Positions 48,942 to 58,817 of a stretch of DNA of 64,000 bases are shown here, one piece after another. The stretch comes from Clostridia bacterium (GTDB lineage: Bacteria > Bacillota > Clostridia > Saccharofermentanales > UBA5734). The stretch's first letter is position 1. Every line of letters starts with the position of its first letter. Under the pieces are notes generated by a model. The model saw nothing but the letters and a program-made list of their open reading frames with translations. It was not told where the DNA came from and did no database searches. The stretch lies in contig JAXGZQ010000003.1 of assembly GCA_040776905.1 (NCBI GenBank), forward strand, positions 3,382 through 67,381, written 5' to 3'. Position numbers and translations under genes: made by a program.

Positions 48942-50147
48942 TTACAGCTTCACGCCGCAGATAACAGCCGTCTCCTGAGCGATCGCCAGTTCTTCATTGG
49001 TCGGTACGACGAGCACTTTGACACGCGAATGATCCGTTGAAACTATGGCTTCACGAGATTTAACCGCGGCGTTGCGGTATGGATCTATCTCAATGCCCAT
49101 ATAGCTGAGGCCTTCACAGCTGCCGTAACGGATGTCTGAGTTATTCTCACCAATTCCGGCCGTAAAGACCACAGCGTCAACGCCGCCCATCGCGGCCGCG
49201 TAAGACCCGATAAACTGGCGGCAGCGATATTTGAACATATCCAATGCCAGAGACGCCCGCTTATGGCCTTCGCCCGCCGCGATATACAGGTCGCGGAAAT
49301 CACTGCTGACGCCGGAGATTCCTGAGACACCGGATTTCCGATTCATCAGATCATCCACCTCGCGGGTATTCAGTTTTTCCTTTTCCATGAGAAAGGTCAC
49401 GATCGCGGGATCGATGTCGCCGCAGCGGGTTCCCATGCACAGTCCGGCCAGCGGTGTCAGTCCCATGGAGGTATCGACACACTGGCCGTTGCGGACAGCG
49501 GCGATGGAAGAACCATTACCCAGGTGGCAGGTGATGATCTTCAGGGTGTCATAGGGCTTGCCGAGGATATCAGCCGCCCGCCGCGAGACATAACTGTGGG
49601 ATGTTCCGTGAAAACCGTATTTGCGGATACCATGCCGTTCATACAAGTCATAAGGCAGCGCGTACATGAATGCCTTGGCCGGCATGGTCTGATGAAAGGC
49701 CGTATCGAAAACGGCAACCTGCGGTACACCGGGCATCGCTTCCTCGCAAGACTCGATGCCTGTCATGTTCGCCGGATTATGCAGCGGCGCGAGATCGAAG
49801 CAGGAACGGATCGCCCGTTTGACCTCAGGTGTGATCAGCACCGATGACGCGAATGATTCTCCACCATGGACGACACGGTGTCCGACCGCCTCAATTTCCT
49901 GCATTTCCTTAATGACGCCATGCTCTGCTGATGTCAGGACATCAAGAACTGCGGTGATGGCGGCTTTATGATTTGGCATTTCAACCGTAAGATAGATTTT
50001 CTCATCTCCCTGGCCGGTATGGACCAGCTGGGAATCCTTCTGCCCGATCCGCTCGGCCAGACCTTTGGCCAGAATATCGCCGGTTACGGCATTCATCAAC
50101 TGATATTTCAGTGATGAACTGCCGGCATTGATTACGAGTACCTTCAT
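48942..50147 (-). CDS. ackA: Acetate kinase
   Basis: 401 aa. It begins [17 protein letters not shown] and contains HRVVHGG. Confidence 0.95.
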   Translation of the reverse strand: MKVLVINAGSSSLKYQLMNAVTGDILAKGLAERIGQKDSQLVHTGQGDEKIYLTVEMPNHKAAITAVLDVLTSAEHGVIKEMQEIEAVGHRVVHGGESFASSVLITPEVKRAIRSCFDLAPLHNPANMTGIESCEEAMPGVPQVAVFDTAFHQTMPAKAFMYALPYDLYERHGIRKYGFHGTSHSYVSRRAADILGKPYDTLKIITCHLGNGSSIAAVRNGQCVDTSMGLTPLAGLCMGTRCGDIDPAIVTFLMEKEKLNTREVDDLMNRKSGVSGISGVSSDFRDLYIAAGEGHKRASLALDMFKYRCRQFIGSYAAAMGGVDAVVFTAGIGENNSDIRYGSCEGLSYMGIEIDPYRNAAVKSREAIVSTDHSRVKVLVVPTNEELAIAQETAVICGVKL

Positions 50148-50201
50148 TCCATTATCTCCTGTCTCTGCTATGGGATCCGCTTCTGATGAGATCCGGACAG
50201 C

Positions 50202-51245
<1,044 letters not shown>

Positions 51246-51258
51246 TCAATGTTCAACT

Positions 51259-51837
51259 TCAGGATGTCAATTGAGAGACGGCGGCACGATTTTTCCGTCG
51301 AACCGGCCGGCTCATGTATAATCCCAGCCACAGCACACCCGCCGCGATCAGAAAATCACCGAGACTGACCATATAGGTGCCAAAGGTCCAGACGGGGTAG
51401 AGATCAGCCAGAAACAACAGAGGTTCATGGCCTGACGCGGTAAAATAGTGAGGCACCGAATTGATCTGGGCCGCGGCCGCCTCACCGAAGCGATCGATCG
51501 CGGGACCGACCGGCATCCGTCCTCCGTTGGCGATAATGACCAGACCATTGAGCAGGCCGCCGGCGAAAATGAACCAGATCCCCGGTTTGCGCCGGTTGAC
51601 CAGCAAAAAAACCGACATCGCGGCCAGCTGGAGCGCTGCGATCACACTGCGCCACAGCGACACATGGTCTGAGCCGGCCAGCCAATCGGAAAAGAAATGG
51701 ACAGATAACAGCCATGAAAGTATGAACGCACTGAAAAGCAACGGCAGCAGGCGGAATCGCTTGTGCAGAAGGCTGCGCCAGCGGCCGCCCGTCAGCAGGC
51801 CGAGGACGAGACCGAGAATCGCCGCTGTGATAATCAA
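51259..51837 (-). CDS. DUF5317-like integral membrane protein
   Basis: 192 aa with about 6 TM segments and an ANGGRMPV motif. It lies directly downstream of an HD-GYP gene, a pairing I recall as common in Clostridia. Confidence 0.55.
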   Translation of the reverse strand: MIITAAILGLVLGLLTGGRWRSLLHKRFRLLPLLFSAFILSWLLSVHFFSDWLAGSDHVSLWRSVIAALQLAAMSVFLLVNRRKPGIWFIFAGGLLNGLVIIANGGRMPVGPAIDRFGEAAAAQINSVPHYFTASGHEPLLFLADLYPVWTFGTYMVSLGDFLIAAGVLWLGLYMSRPVRRKNRAAVSQLTS

Positions 51838-51856
51838 ATCGCCACCTCCGCCGTCG

Positions 51857-53311
51857 TCAGAAAGAAATCAGATCATGCAGGTTGGCTGTCGGGGCGAGAC
51901 TCTTTTGCTTCTCGAGTCCGCTGATCAGCGCTTCCACAACGTCCGGCGCGAATTGCGTACCGGCATATATCCGCATCTCTTCTGTGGCTCTCTCCAGGTT
52001 CATCGCGCCGTGATAGGATCGATCTGATGTCATCGCGTCAAAGGAATCTGCCACACAGAGGATCTGCGATTCCAGCAGACGTGAGTCAGCCAGCGCTTCC
52101 GGCGTCTGTGGATACCCGCTGCCGTCATAATGGACATGGTGGGAATGGATCAGGCGGATTTCCTTTTTCAGGTACTGGATCCCGGAGAGCATTTGGGCAC
52201 CGATTTCCGGATGACGCTGGATTTCCTGATATTCTTCATCGGTCAGATCGCCTGGTTTGTTGAGAATCGCCTCACTGACGCCGATCTTGCCGATATCATG
52301 GAGAAGCGACGCGTATTTCAATACCTTGGTCCGTTCACTGGACAAGTTCATTTCACGGGCGATAATCTCACAATATTTCTCGACGCGGCGGGCATGACCG
52401 ACCGTGTAGCGATCCTTCGCCTCCAGTGCTGCCGAAAGTGCCTTGATTGTATCGATATAGCCTCTTTGAACTGAGATGAATCCAACATAAGCATAGCGGA
52501 ACAGCAGAAAGGGCGCGAAGAACAGCAGCAAGGCCAGAAAGCCGAAGGCATGATAGACGGCCGCGAGCGAGACGCCCAGGGTGCCGATCATGATCATGCT
52601 GATCACGGACCAGCGGAAAATCCGGAACCAGTCATGCATCAGCGTCTGCGGATGTTCGATCGTCAGTGAGAAATAGATGACGATCATCAGTGTATTGACG
52701 ACGATATAGACGATCAGACCAGCGATGATTGCCGGTAGCTGTCTGACCAGATGCAGGAAGCTGTCTCCGATCGACAAAGGGCCCGCGGCCAGAAGATAGG
52801 TTCCACCCAGGGCCTCAAATACAATACCGCAAAAAAAGATCGAGAGAATATAGTTTGAGGCATTGAACAGGCTTTTATAGATCGGGGTATTGAAAACATG
52901 CAGCTTATGGCCGCGGCCGGAATCCATGACAGAAAAAAAGGCGGTACTGAATGAAACCCAGACCGCCGCCGGCAGACCAAAGAGAAGCAGCGCGCTGATG
53001 TCGATCGCGAATGAGATGGAAATCGCCTTGTCATCATCGATCGCCAGGCCTTGCGACTCGGCGATAACCGCTAGAAGGGAGAAATATAGAACCGCCGGCA
53101 GAATCGTGGACAGCGGGCTGATGTTCAGCACCGTCTGCTGGACCATGAGTCCGATTCCTGCCGCGATGCAGACTAATAAATAGATGGTTCCGGTTTTCTT
53201 CACGTATTCCTGTAAATCCTTCCAGATTAGTCGAAAGATCAGATTATATAAAAAGACAGACCAGCGGGATGTCAATATGTTATACCTTCGATCGTGCCGA
53301 ACGTATAACAT
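51857..53311 (-). CDS. Membrane-bound HD-GYP domain phosphodiesterase (c-di-GMP signalling); start uncertain
   Basis: 484 aa with a multi-TM N-terminal half. The HD box is HDIGKIGV and the GYP box is HHVHYDGSGYP. A promoter-like TTGACA-18-TTATAT lies inside the first 25 codons, so the true start may be further downstream. Confidence 0.8.
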   Translation of the reverse strand: MLYVRHDRRYNILTSRWSVFLYNLIFRLIWKDLQEYVKKTGTIYLLVCIAAGIGLMVQQTVLNISPLSTILPAVLYFSLLAVIAESQGLAIDDDKAISISFAIDISALLLFGLPAAVWVSFSTAFFSVMDSGRGHKLHVFNTPIYKSLFNASNYILSIFFCGIVFEALGGTYLLAAGPLSIGDSFLHLVRQLPAIIAGLIVYIVVNTLMIVIYFSLTIEHPQTLMHDWFRIFRWSVISMIMIGTLGVSLAAVYHAFGFLALLLFFAPFLLFRYAYVGFISVQRGYIDTIKALSAALEAKDRYTVGHARRVEKYCEIIAREMNLSSERTKVLKYASLLHDIGKIGVSEAILNKPGDLTDEEYQEIQRHPEIGAQMLSGIQYLKKEIRLIHSHHVHYDGSGYPQTPEALADSRLLESQILCVADSFDAMTSDRSYHGAMNLERATEEMRIYAGTQFAPDVVEALISGLEKQKSLAPTANLHDLISF

Positions 53312-53323
53312 GTGCTTGAGAAA

Positions 53324-53407
53324 TCAGAGTACTCTCCAATTTGCACCGGTGGCAAGAACCATCGCGAGCAGTGTTGCGATAACGCTAAGGATTCTTCTGA
53401 ATTTCAT
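53324..53407 (-). CDS. 27-codon ORF with a strong SD (signal-peptide-like micropeptide or gene remnant)
   Basis: Hand translation gives MKFRRILSVIATLLAMVLATGANWRVL*. GGAGG lies 9 nt upstream of the ATG. It sits in the gap upstream of the HD-GYP gene. Confidence 0.25.
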   Translation of the reverse strand: MKFRRILSVIATLLAMVLATGANWRVL

Positions 53408-53519
53408 GATGAACAACCTCCTTCTTGTACTCTACCTCTTCGCTATTCAGGCAGGTTGTTCCGCTTCGCTCTGCTGGTCTGTCTTTTCACCTCTTTCAGG
53501 CTCTGTACTCAGAGCTCAA

Positions 53520-54176
53520 CTAAGTCCGTTTCGGCCGGCTGATCGGCCGGTTCAGGGCCGAGAGAACGGACATGACAACGGAGTGCATCTCCATCTCCGG
53601 GCTGGCAGCCGGCGCGATCCCGTACAGCATATAATCACCAAAGGGCTCAGTCATCGCCACTGCCGTTGTACAGCAGGTGGTCCCGGCGATCTCTATCTGC
53701 TTGAGTTCAAGCAGCGTCAGCTCACATTCAGGGCCGCGGCAGGCCTTCAGCGCGTTGAGACAGGCATAAGCCGCCGTATGCAGCCGCGTCTTACCGTGCA
53801 AGGGTCCGCGGCTGTGGCCTTCATAGGTCTTGTCGCCCCGGGCGAGGACAACCGTCACATCCTGATTCTGGCTGTCCAGATTCAAGGTAATCCGCCGGAT
53901 CATCAGACGAGGTTCACTGCCCTTCCCCGGCAGCAGCATATGGCTGCCAACCTGGGCGACACTGATCATCTTATAGTCAAGATCAAGTCCGAGCATCGCC
54001 ATGGCAGCGGACTGGATATCCCGGACCAGCTGCTTTGGTGATTTGCTCAGATCACTCAGGACATGGATTTCTGTAATGGAATCGTCATTATTGAGGACGG
54101 TTCGAGCCGCGACCACGCCACTCAGGCGTGAAATCAGCTGATCCAGTTCAACTTGAAGATCAATTATCTCCTGCAT
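53520..54176 (-). CDS. Conserved-looking hypothetical protein (218 aa)
   Basis: It is the only long ORF with sensible composition here, since the 285-aa plus-strand ORF is its antisense shadow. No family recognised. Confidence 0.5.
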   Translation of the reverse strand: MQEIIDLQVELDQLISRLSGVVAARTVLNNDDSITEIHVLSDLSKSPKQLVRDIQSAAMAMLGLDLDYKMISVAQVGSHMLLPGKGSEPRLMIRRITLNLDSQNQDVTVVLARGDKTYEGHSRGPLHGKTRLHTAAYACLNALKACRGPECELTLLELKQIEIAGTTCCTTAVAMTEPFGDYMLYGIAPAASPEMEMHSVVMSVLSALNRPISRPKRT

Positions 54177-54304
54177 GGCTTCCTCCTGCTGTCATTGACC
54201 GGTGCCCGTGGTTATTGTCAATAAATCCATACTATCGACCATTGTATCACAAATCAGATTACATTCTGACATCAGCATATTGCATTTTCATGGCATTTAT
54301 GATT

Positions 54305-55585
54305 TCAGCGGAGAACAAGCAAGGCCATCAGATTATCAACACTCCAGACACGGACCAGAGCATCCGGTTCAATCCTGAAGATCGCCGAGCGGACGTCACT
54401 GGTCTGACTGGTCGCGCGATATGAGAGCAGGCGGTCGACTGCCAGATTATACAGGACAGGGTCATCAGCGGTCAGCGCCAGTCTGGCGGCCAGCGCATAG
54501 ATCAGAGGTCGTTCCCCTTCCACAGCCGGATCCCCCTGGACGGAGTGATACGCCATATACAGGGCGCCGCGATTGTACAACTGGTCCTTAAGCCAGCTGA
54601 GGCAGCGCTCCGGCAGCTGGCCGATTTCAGCCAGGTGAATCATCGCCCGCAGCGACGGCTCAAGCTCAAGATAAGGCTGGTCGCCGCTGAACAGAACATA
54701 TTGCCGGTCGTCTGCGCTCCAGGCTAAAGCGAATAACGGCAATTCATCACCGGCATAACCGTCTTGTATGACGCGTAAGGCCTCGTCCCGCAAAGGCTGC
54801 CACTTCTCATCAATCTGGATCAAGTCGGTCAATGCCAGCAGATCTAGATCCGCCAGACGGACGACCGTCAGGATCGGGACAGTGGGATCTGGCGTCGGCG
54901 TCGCAGTTGGCCGGGGCGTCGGTGTCGCGGCCGGATCCGGTGCCGGCAGAGGTGACGGCACCGCTACCGGAAGACCTGAAGGCAGTTTCCCGTCATAGTC
55001 GGCCAGCAGCTGGTCGGACAAGGCCTGCAAGGCGTCAAGCCGGCCGGCATCCGGCCACAGCGTCATGGACTGGCCCAGCAGCTGCAGCACCTGCTGCTGC
55101 TCAGCCGGCAGCCACCGGTTGTCGCCGGACAGCGGAAATCGCGATCCACCTGATTCGAGCCATTGTGTGCTGAACGCTTCCCACCAGTCGGTAAAATCAC
55201 GCCGGTCCTTCTGCTCAAGCAGAAGCTGACCGTAGAGGAGCTGGTCAGACAGCAGTGCCGAATCAGATCGTTGGGCCGGCGGCTGGCGGAGCGGACCGGC
55301 CTGCTGATACCATTCATACCAGACCAGCCCGTCTGCCAGGCGCAATTCTGCCCGATCACGCAAAGCGGCTGTCATATCGCCATATGTATCATATAAATCA
55401 GATTGATCAGCCGGGAAGTCCGGCAGGCCGAACTGGATATCCGGTATGTCAGTACGCTTCGGCCAGAAGCGCCATATAACCGCCATGACAGCCAGCAGCA
55501 GCACAAGCACCAGAACCAGCCATAAAAGCCGGCGCTTCAGTGTTCCGCTTGCAGGTCGTATCCTCAGTTGCATGGCCATCTCCAT
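54305..55585 (-). CDS. Membrane-anchored hypothetical protein with an internal Pro/Thr/Ala-rich linker (426 aa)
   Basis: An N-terminal TM helix (LLWLVLVLVLLLAVMAVIW) is followed by the linker PSPLPAPDPAATPTPRPTATPTPDPTVP between two globular halves. ATG 55573 has a better SD (GGAG, 6 nt) than ATG 55585. Confidence 0.5.
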   Translation of the reverse strand: MEMAMQLRIRPASGTLKRRLLWLVLVLVLLLAVMAVIWRFWPKRTDIPDIQFGLPDFPADQSDLYDTYGDMTAALRDRAELRLADGLVWYEWYQQAGPLRQPPAQRSDSALLSDQLLYGQLLLEQKDRRDFTDWWEAFSTQWLESGGSRFPLSGDNRWLPAEQQQVLQLLGQSMTLWPDAGRLDALQALSDQLLADYDGKLPSGLPVAVPSPLPAPDPAATPTPRPTATPTPDPTVPILTVVRLADLDLLALTDLIQIDEKWQPLRDEALRVIQDGYAGDELPLFALAWSADDRQYVLFSGDQPYLELEPSLRAMIHLAEIGQLPERCLSWLKDQLYNRGALYMAYHSVQGDPAVEGERPLIYALAARLALTADDPVLYNLAVDRLLSYRATSQTSDVRSAIFRIEPDALVRVWSVDNLMALLVLR

Positions 55586-55680
55586 CCGGCAGCAGAACCG
55601 CGGCCGGTCATGTCCAGTATTTTAGCAAAAAGGCGCTCTTCTGCAAAGCACCGGCTGTGGCCGCGTGATATAATCGTGCC

Positions 55681-56958
55681 ATGGAAATTATCGCAATCAT
55701 CGCTGAATATAATCCCTTTCATCTCGGACATGCCCGCCAGATCGCGGCGGCCCGCCGTTTTTTCGGTCAGGACTGTCCTGTCATCGTCGCCATGAGCGGC
55801 AGTTTCACCCAACGCGGTGAACCGGCTCTGCTCGACAAATGGACGCGGACGCGTATCGCGCTGAGCAGCGGTGCTGATCTGGTCTTCGAGCTGCCATTTA
55901 TCTCCGCGACCGCCAGCGCGCAGGGTTTCGCCCGCGGGGGTGTCCGACTTCTGCAGGCCACCGGACTGCGCGCCCGTCTCGTTTTCGGCAGCGAATCCGG
56001 ACAACTGGAGGATCTTGATAAGCTGGCCGGATTTCTCGCGGATGAGTCGGATGATTTTCGTCTGGCACTGCGGCAGGGTCTTGAGGACGGCTTATCATTC
56101 GCCGCGGCACGCCAGCAGGCTGCCGCTGCCTGTCTCGAAACTCCCGAGCTAGCCGCGCTGCTGAGCCAGTCGAACAATATTCTGGCCGTTGAATATCTGA
56201 TGGCCCTGCAGCTACTGAGTCCGCGGCGGCTTCAGCCCTGGACAAATCCGCGCGAAGGCCAGTCCTACCGTGAGTCATCCTGGCAAGACGATCAACAGGC
56301 CAGCGCGTCAGCGATCCGCGCCATTGTGCGCCGTCTGCGCGACCAGGATAATCTGTCACCGGCCCGGGCAGTCACTCTTTTGCGCCAGCAGATGCCGGCC
56401 GCCGCGCTGGCGGAAATACTGCAAGCCTGGCAAAAAGGCCCGGGGCCTTTGTTCCAGGAAGACTTCGCGGTACCGATCATCAGCTTGCTGCGGCGCGCGG
56501 ACGAACCGTCGATTGATCAGGTTCCCGGCATGGCTGAAGGACTTGGCCGGCGTCTGCTCGAAGCAGCCCGCCGACCAGGAACCGATGCGGGAGGCCGACT
56601 GGAAACCTTGTGCCGTGACGCCGCAACCCGGCGTTTTCCTCGGACCCGAATCAACCGGGCCCTGCTCAGTCTGCTCAGCGGAACCACTAAGGAGGACCTC
56701 GAGCAGGCCGGTCGAAACCAGAAGCCACCCTACCTGCGGGTTCTCGGCTTTTCGCGCCAGGGACGATACCTGCTTCGAATGATGAGAAAGACAGCGGAAT
56801 GTCCGATCATCCTCAACGCGTCTGATTTTCTCGAACATCAGCAAGATCCGTTTCTCTCACGGATGGCCGCGCTGGATATCCGCTCAACGGATTTATGGTT
56901 TCTGCAGGCCGGTGAACGATGCGGCCGCGACTTTGACACCCCTCCGATAATGCGCTAA
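55681..56958 (+). CDS. tmcAL: tRNA(Met) cytidine acetate ligase (TmcAL/YlbM, DUF795 nucleotidyltransferase)
   Basis: 425 aa. The N-terminus MEIIAIIAEYNPFHLGHARQI...SGSFTQRGEPALLDKW is the family hallmark. Confidence 0.8.
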   Translation: MEIIAIIAEYNPFHLGHARQIAAARRFFGQDCPVIVAMSGSFTQRGEPALLDKWTRTRIALSSGADLVFELPFISATASAQGFARGGVRLLQATGLRARLVFGSESGQLEDLDKLAGFLADESDDFRLALRQGLEDGLSFAAARQQAAAACLETPELAALLSQSNNILAVEYLMALQLLSPRRLQPWTNPREGQSYRESSWQDDQQASASAIRAIVRRLRDQDNLSPARAVTLLRQQMPAAALAEILQAWQKGPGPLFQEDFAVPIISLLRRADEPSIDQVPGMAEGLGRRLLEAARRPGTDAGGRLETLCRDAATRRFPRTRINRALLSLLSGTTKEDLEQAGRNQKPPYLRVLGFSRQGRYLLRMMRKTAECPIILNASDFLEHQQDPFLSRMAALDIRSTDLWFLQAGERCGRDFDTPPIMR

Positions 56959-57000
56959 AATGATCCAGATCCGCCTATTTTCAGAAAGGACAACGTTAAG

Positions 57001-58245
57001 ATGGCTGAGCACACAAAGACGAATGTTTTCGATATTCTCAAAGATCGCGGGTACCTGGCCCAGGTAACACATGAGCACGAGATCCGTGAATTACTCTCCC
57101 GTCCCGGCGTTTCTTTTTATATCGGTTTTGATCCGACAGCAGACAGCCTGCATGTCGGCCACTTTGTCCAGATGATGGTCATGGCCCATATGCAGAAAGC
57201 CGGACACCGGCCGATCGTCCTGCTTGGCGGCGGCACCGGCATGATCGGTGATCCTTCCGGCCGCAGCGATCTGCGCCAGGTCCTGACCAAAGAGCTGATC
57301 GATCATAATGTCAAACGCTTTCGAGAGCAGATGAAAATCCTGATCGACTTCGATCAGGACCGGGCCGTCATGGTTGACAATGCCGAGTGGCTGCTTTCTC
57401 TGAACTACATTGAGTTTCTGCGTGATATCGGAGCGCATTTCTCTGTCAACCGCATGCTGACAGCAGAGTGTTTCCGTCAACGTCTTGAGAAAGGCTTATC
57501 TTTTCTCGAATTCAATTACATGCTGATGCAGGCCTATGATTTCCTCTATCTCTCACGCCATCTGGACTGCCGCCTGGAACTGGGCGGTGATGACCAGTGG
57601 TCGAATATTCTCGCCGGCATCGATCTGGTCAGGCGTAAGGACCAGAAAAATGTCTATGGCATGACATTCCAACTGCTGACGACCAGCACGGGGGTCAAGA
57701 TGGGAAAAACCGCCGGTGGCGCGGTCTGGCTTGATGCCGCGAAAACCAGCCCTTTTGATTTCTACCAGTACTGGCGCAATATCGACGACGCGGATGTCAT
57801 CCGCTGCATGAAGCTGCTGACCTTCCTTGATCTCGATGAAATCGAGGGTTATGCCGGACTGCGTGACCAGGCGATCAATCAGGCGAAGAAAAAACTGGCA
57901 TATGAAGTAACGGCGATTGTCCATGGACAGAACACGGCCATGGCTGCCCAGAAGCAGGCTGAAGCCTTGTTTGAAGGCAGCGGGCGGGCTGATTCCATGC
58001 CCGAGACCAGTGTCAGCGGCCAACTGGCCGCTGACGGCATCCGTCTGCTTGACATCATGCTTGAAGCCGGCCTGATCGCGTCTAAAGGTGAAGGGCGCCG
58101 GCTGATGCAGCAAAATGGGATCAGCCTGAACGATGAAAAAGTTGTGGATCCGGATTATTGTCTGACAGAGCAGGATTTTACCGGCGGTGAGGCGATCATC
58201 CGCAAGGGTAAAAAAGTTTATCACCGGCTGCGTAAAACAACTTGA
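57001..58245 (+). CDS. tyrS: Tyrosine--tRNA ligase
   Basis: 414 aa. The HIGH box reads HVGH, the KMSKS box reads KMGKT, and the C-terminus is an S4-like domain. Confidence 0.95.
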   Translation: MAEHTKTNVFDILKDRGYLAQVTHEHEIRELLSRPGVSFYIGFDPTADSLHVGHFVQMMVMAHMQKAGHRPIVLLGGGTGMIGDPSGRSDLRQVLTKELIDHNVKRFREQMKILIDFDQDRAVMVDNAEWLLSLNYIEFLRDIGAHFSVNRMLTAECFRQRLEKGLSFLEFNYMLMQAYDFLYLSRHLDCRLELGGDDQWSNILAGIDLVRRKDQKNVYGMTFQLLTTSTGVKMGKTAGGAVWLDAAKTSPFDFYQYWRNIDDADVIRCMKLLTFLDLDEIEGYAGLRDQAINQAKKKLAYEVTAIVHGQNTAMAAQKQAEALFEGSGRADSMPETSVSGQLAADGIRLLDIMLEAGLIASKGEGRRLMQQNGISLNDEKVVDPDYCLTEQDFTGGEAIIRKGKKVYHRLRKTT

Positions 58246-58265
58246 ATCGTATCGTGATATAAAAA

Positions 58266-58307
58266 AAGGCTGTTTCAATCAATTAATTGCTTGAAACAGC
58301 CTTTTTA
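58266..58307. terminator. Bidirectional intrinsic terminator between tyrS and rpsT
   Basis: The perfect 13-bp stem aaggctgtttcaa (58266-58278) / ttgaaacagcctt (58291-58303) has an A-run upstream and a T-run downstream. Confidence 0.8.
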
Positions 58308-58327
58308 TCATTCATGTAACTCGGACA

Positions 58328-58591
58328 TCAGCCACGCGACTTATTGATCGCTTTCGCGATTCTGGATTTTTTGCGGGCCACTGTATTTTTATGGAAATAA
58401 CCTTTCGCTGCTGCTTTATCCAGACTGGACTGAGTCTCTTTGAATATGACTTCAGCCTGCTCAATGGACTCAGCCATGGCGGTACGGGTTTTTTTGATCT
58501 GCGTGCGCATTTCACTCCGTTTGCTCCTGTTGGCCTGCGCCTTCTTATCGGCGACCTTGACGCGTTTCATCGCGGATTTAATATTTGGCAT
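58328..58591 (-). CDS. rpsT: 30S ribosomal protein S20
   Basis: 87 aa, from MPNIKSAMKRVKVADKK to KAINKSRG. GGAGGTG lies 6 nt upstream of ATG 58591. The longer 225-aa track ORF is an upstream read-through artefact. Confidence 0.95.
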   Translation of the reverse strand: MPNIKSAMKRVKVADKKAQANRSKRSEMRTQIKKTRTAMAESIEQAEVIFKETQSSLDKAAAKGYFHKNTVARKKSRIAKAINKSRG

Positions 58592-58817
58592 ACCTTCACC
58601 TCCCGCCTGGAAATTCCGTTTATTTTCGCACTCGAGTATTCTATCATGGAAGATAAACCGATGCAAGACCTGCCAGCGGCCACTGCAGGAATTTTCATAG
58701 GAATCCGCTCGGCCACGTGGTATGATAAGATAAAGAGAATGCCCTGATAGCGGCCTTACTCGTCTTTTGAGCGAATCAAGACGATTCGCTGAACATATTT
58801 TTTGGAGGAATACCCTG

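Noticed and set aside
53184-54041. 285-aa plus-strand ORF
   Set aside because: It is antisense to the 218-aa minus-strand gene and overlaps the HD-GYP gene start. Its Arg/Pro/Ala-rich composition is typical of GC-rich shadow frames.
57553-58278. 241-aa minus-strand ORF
   Set aside because: It is antisense to tyrS.
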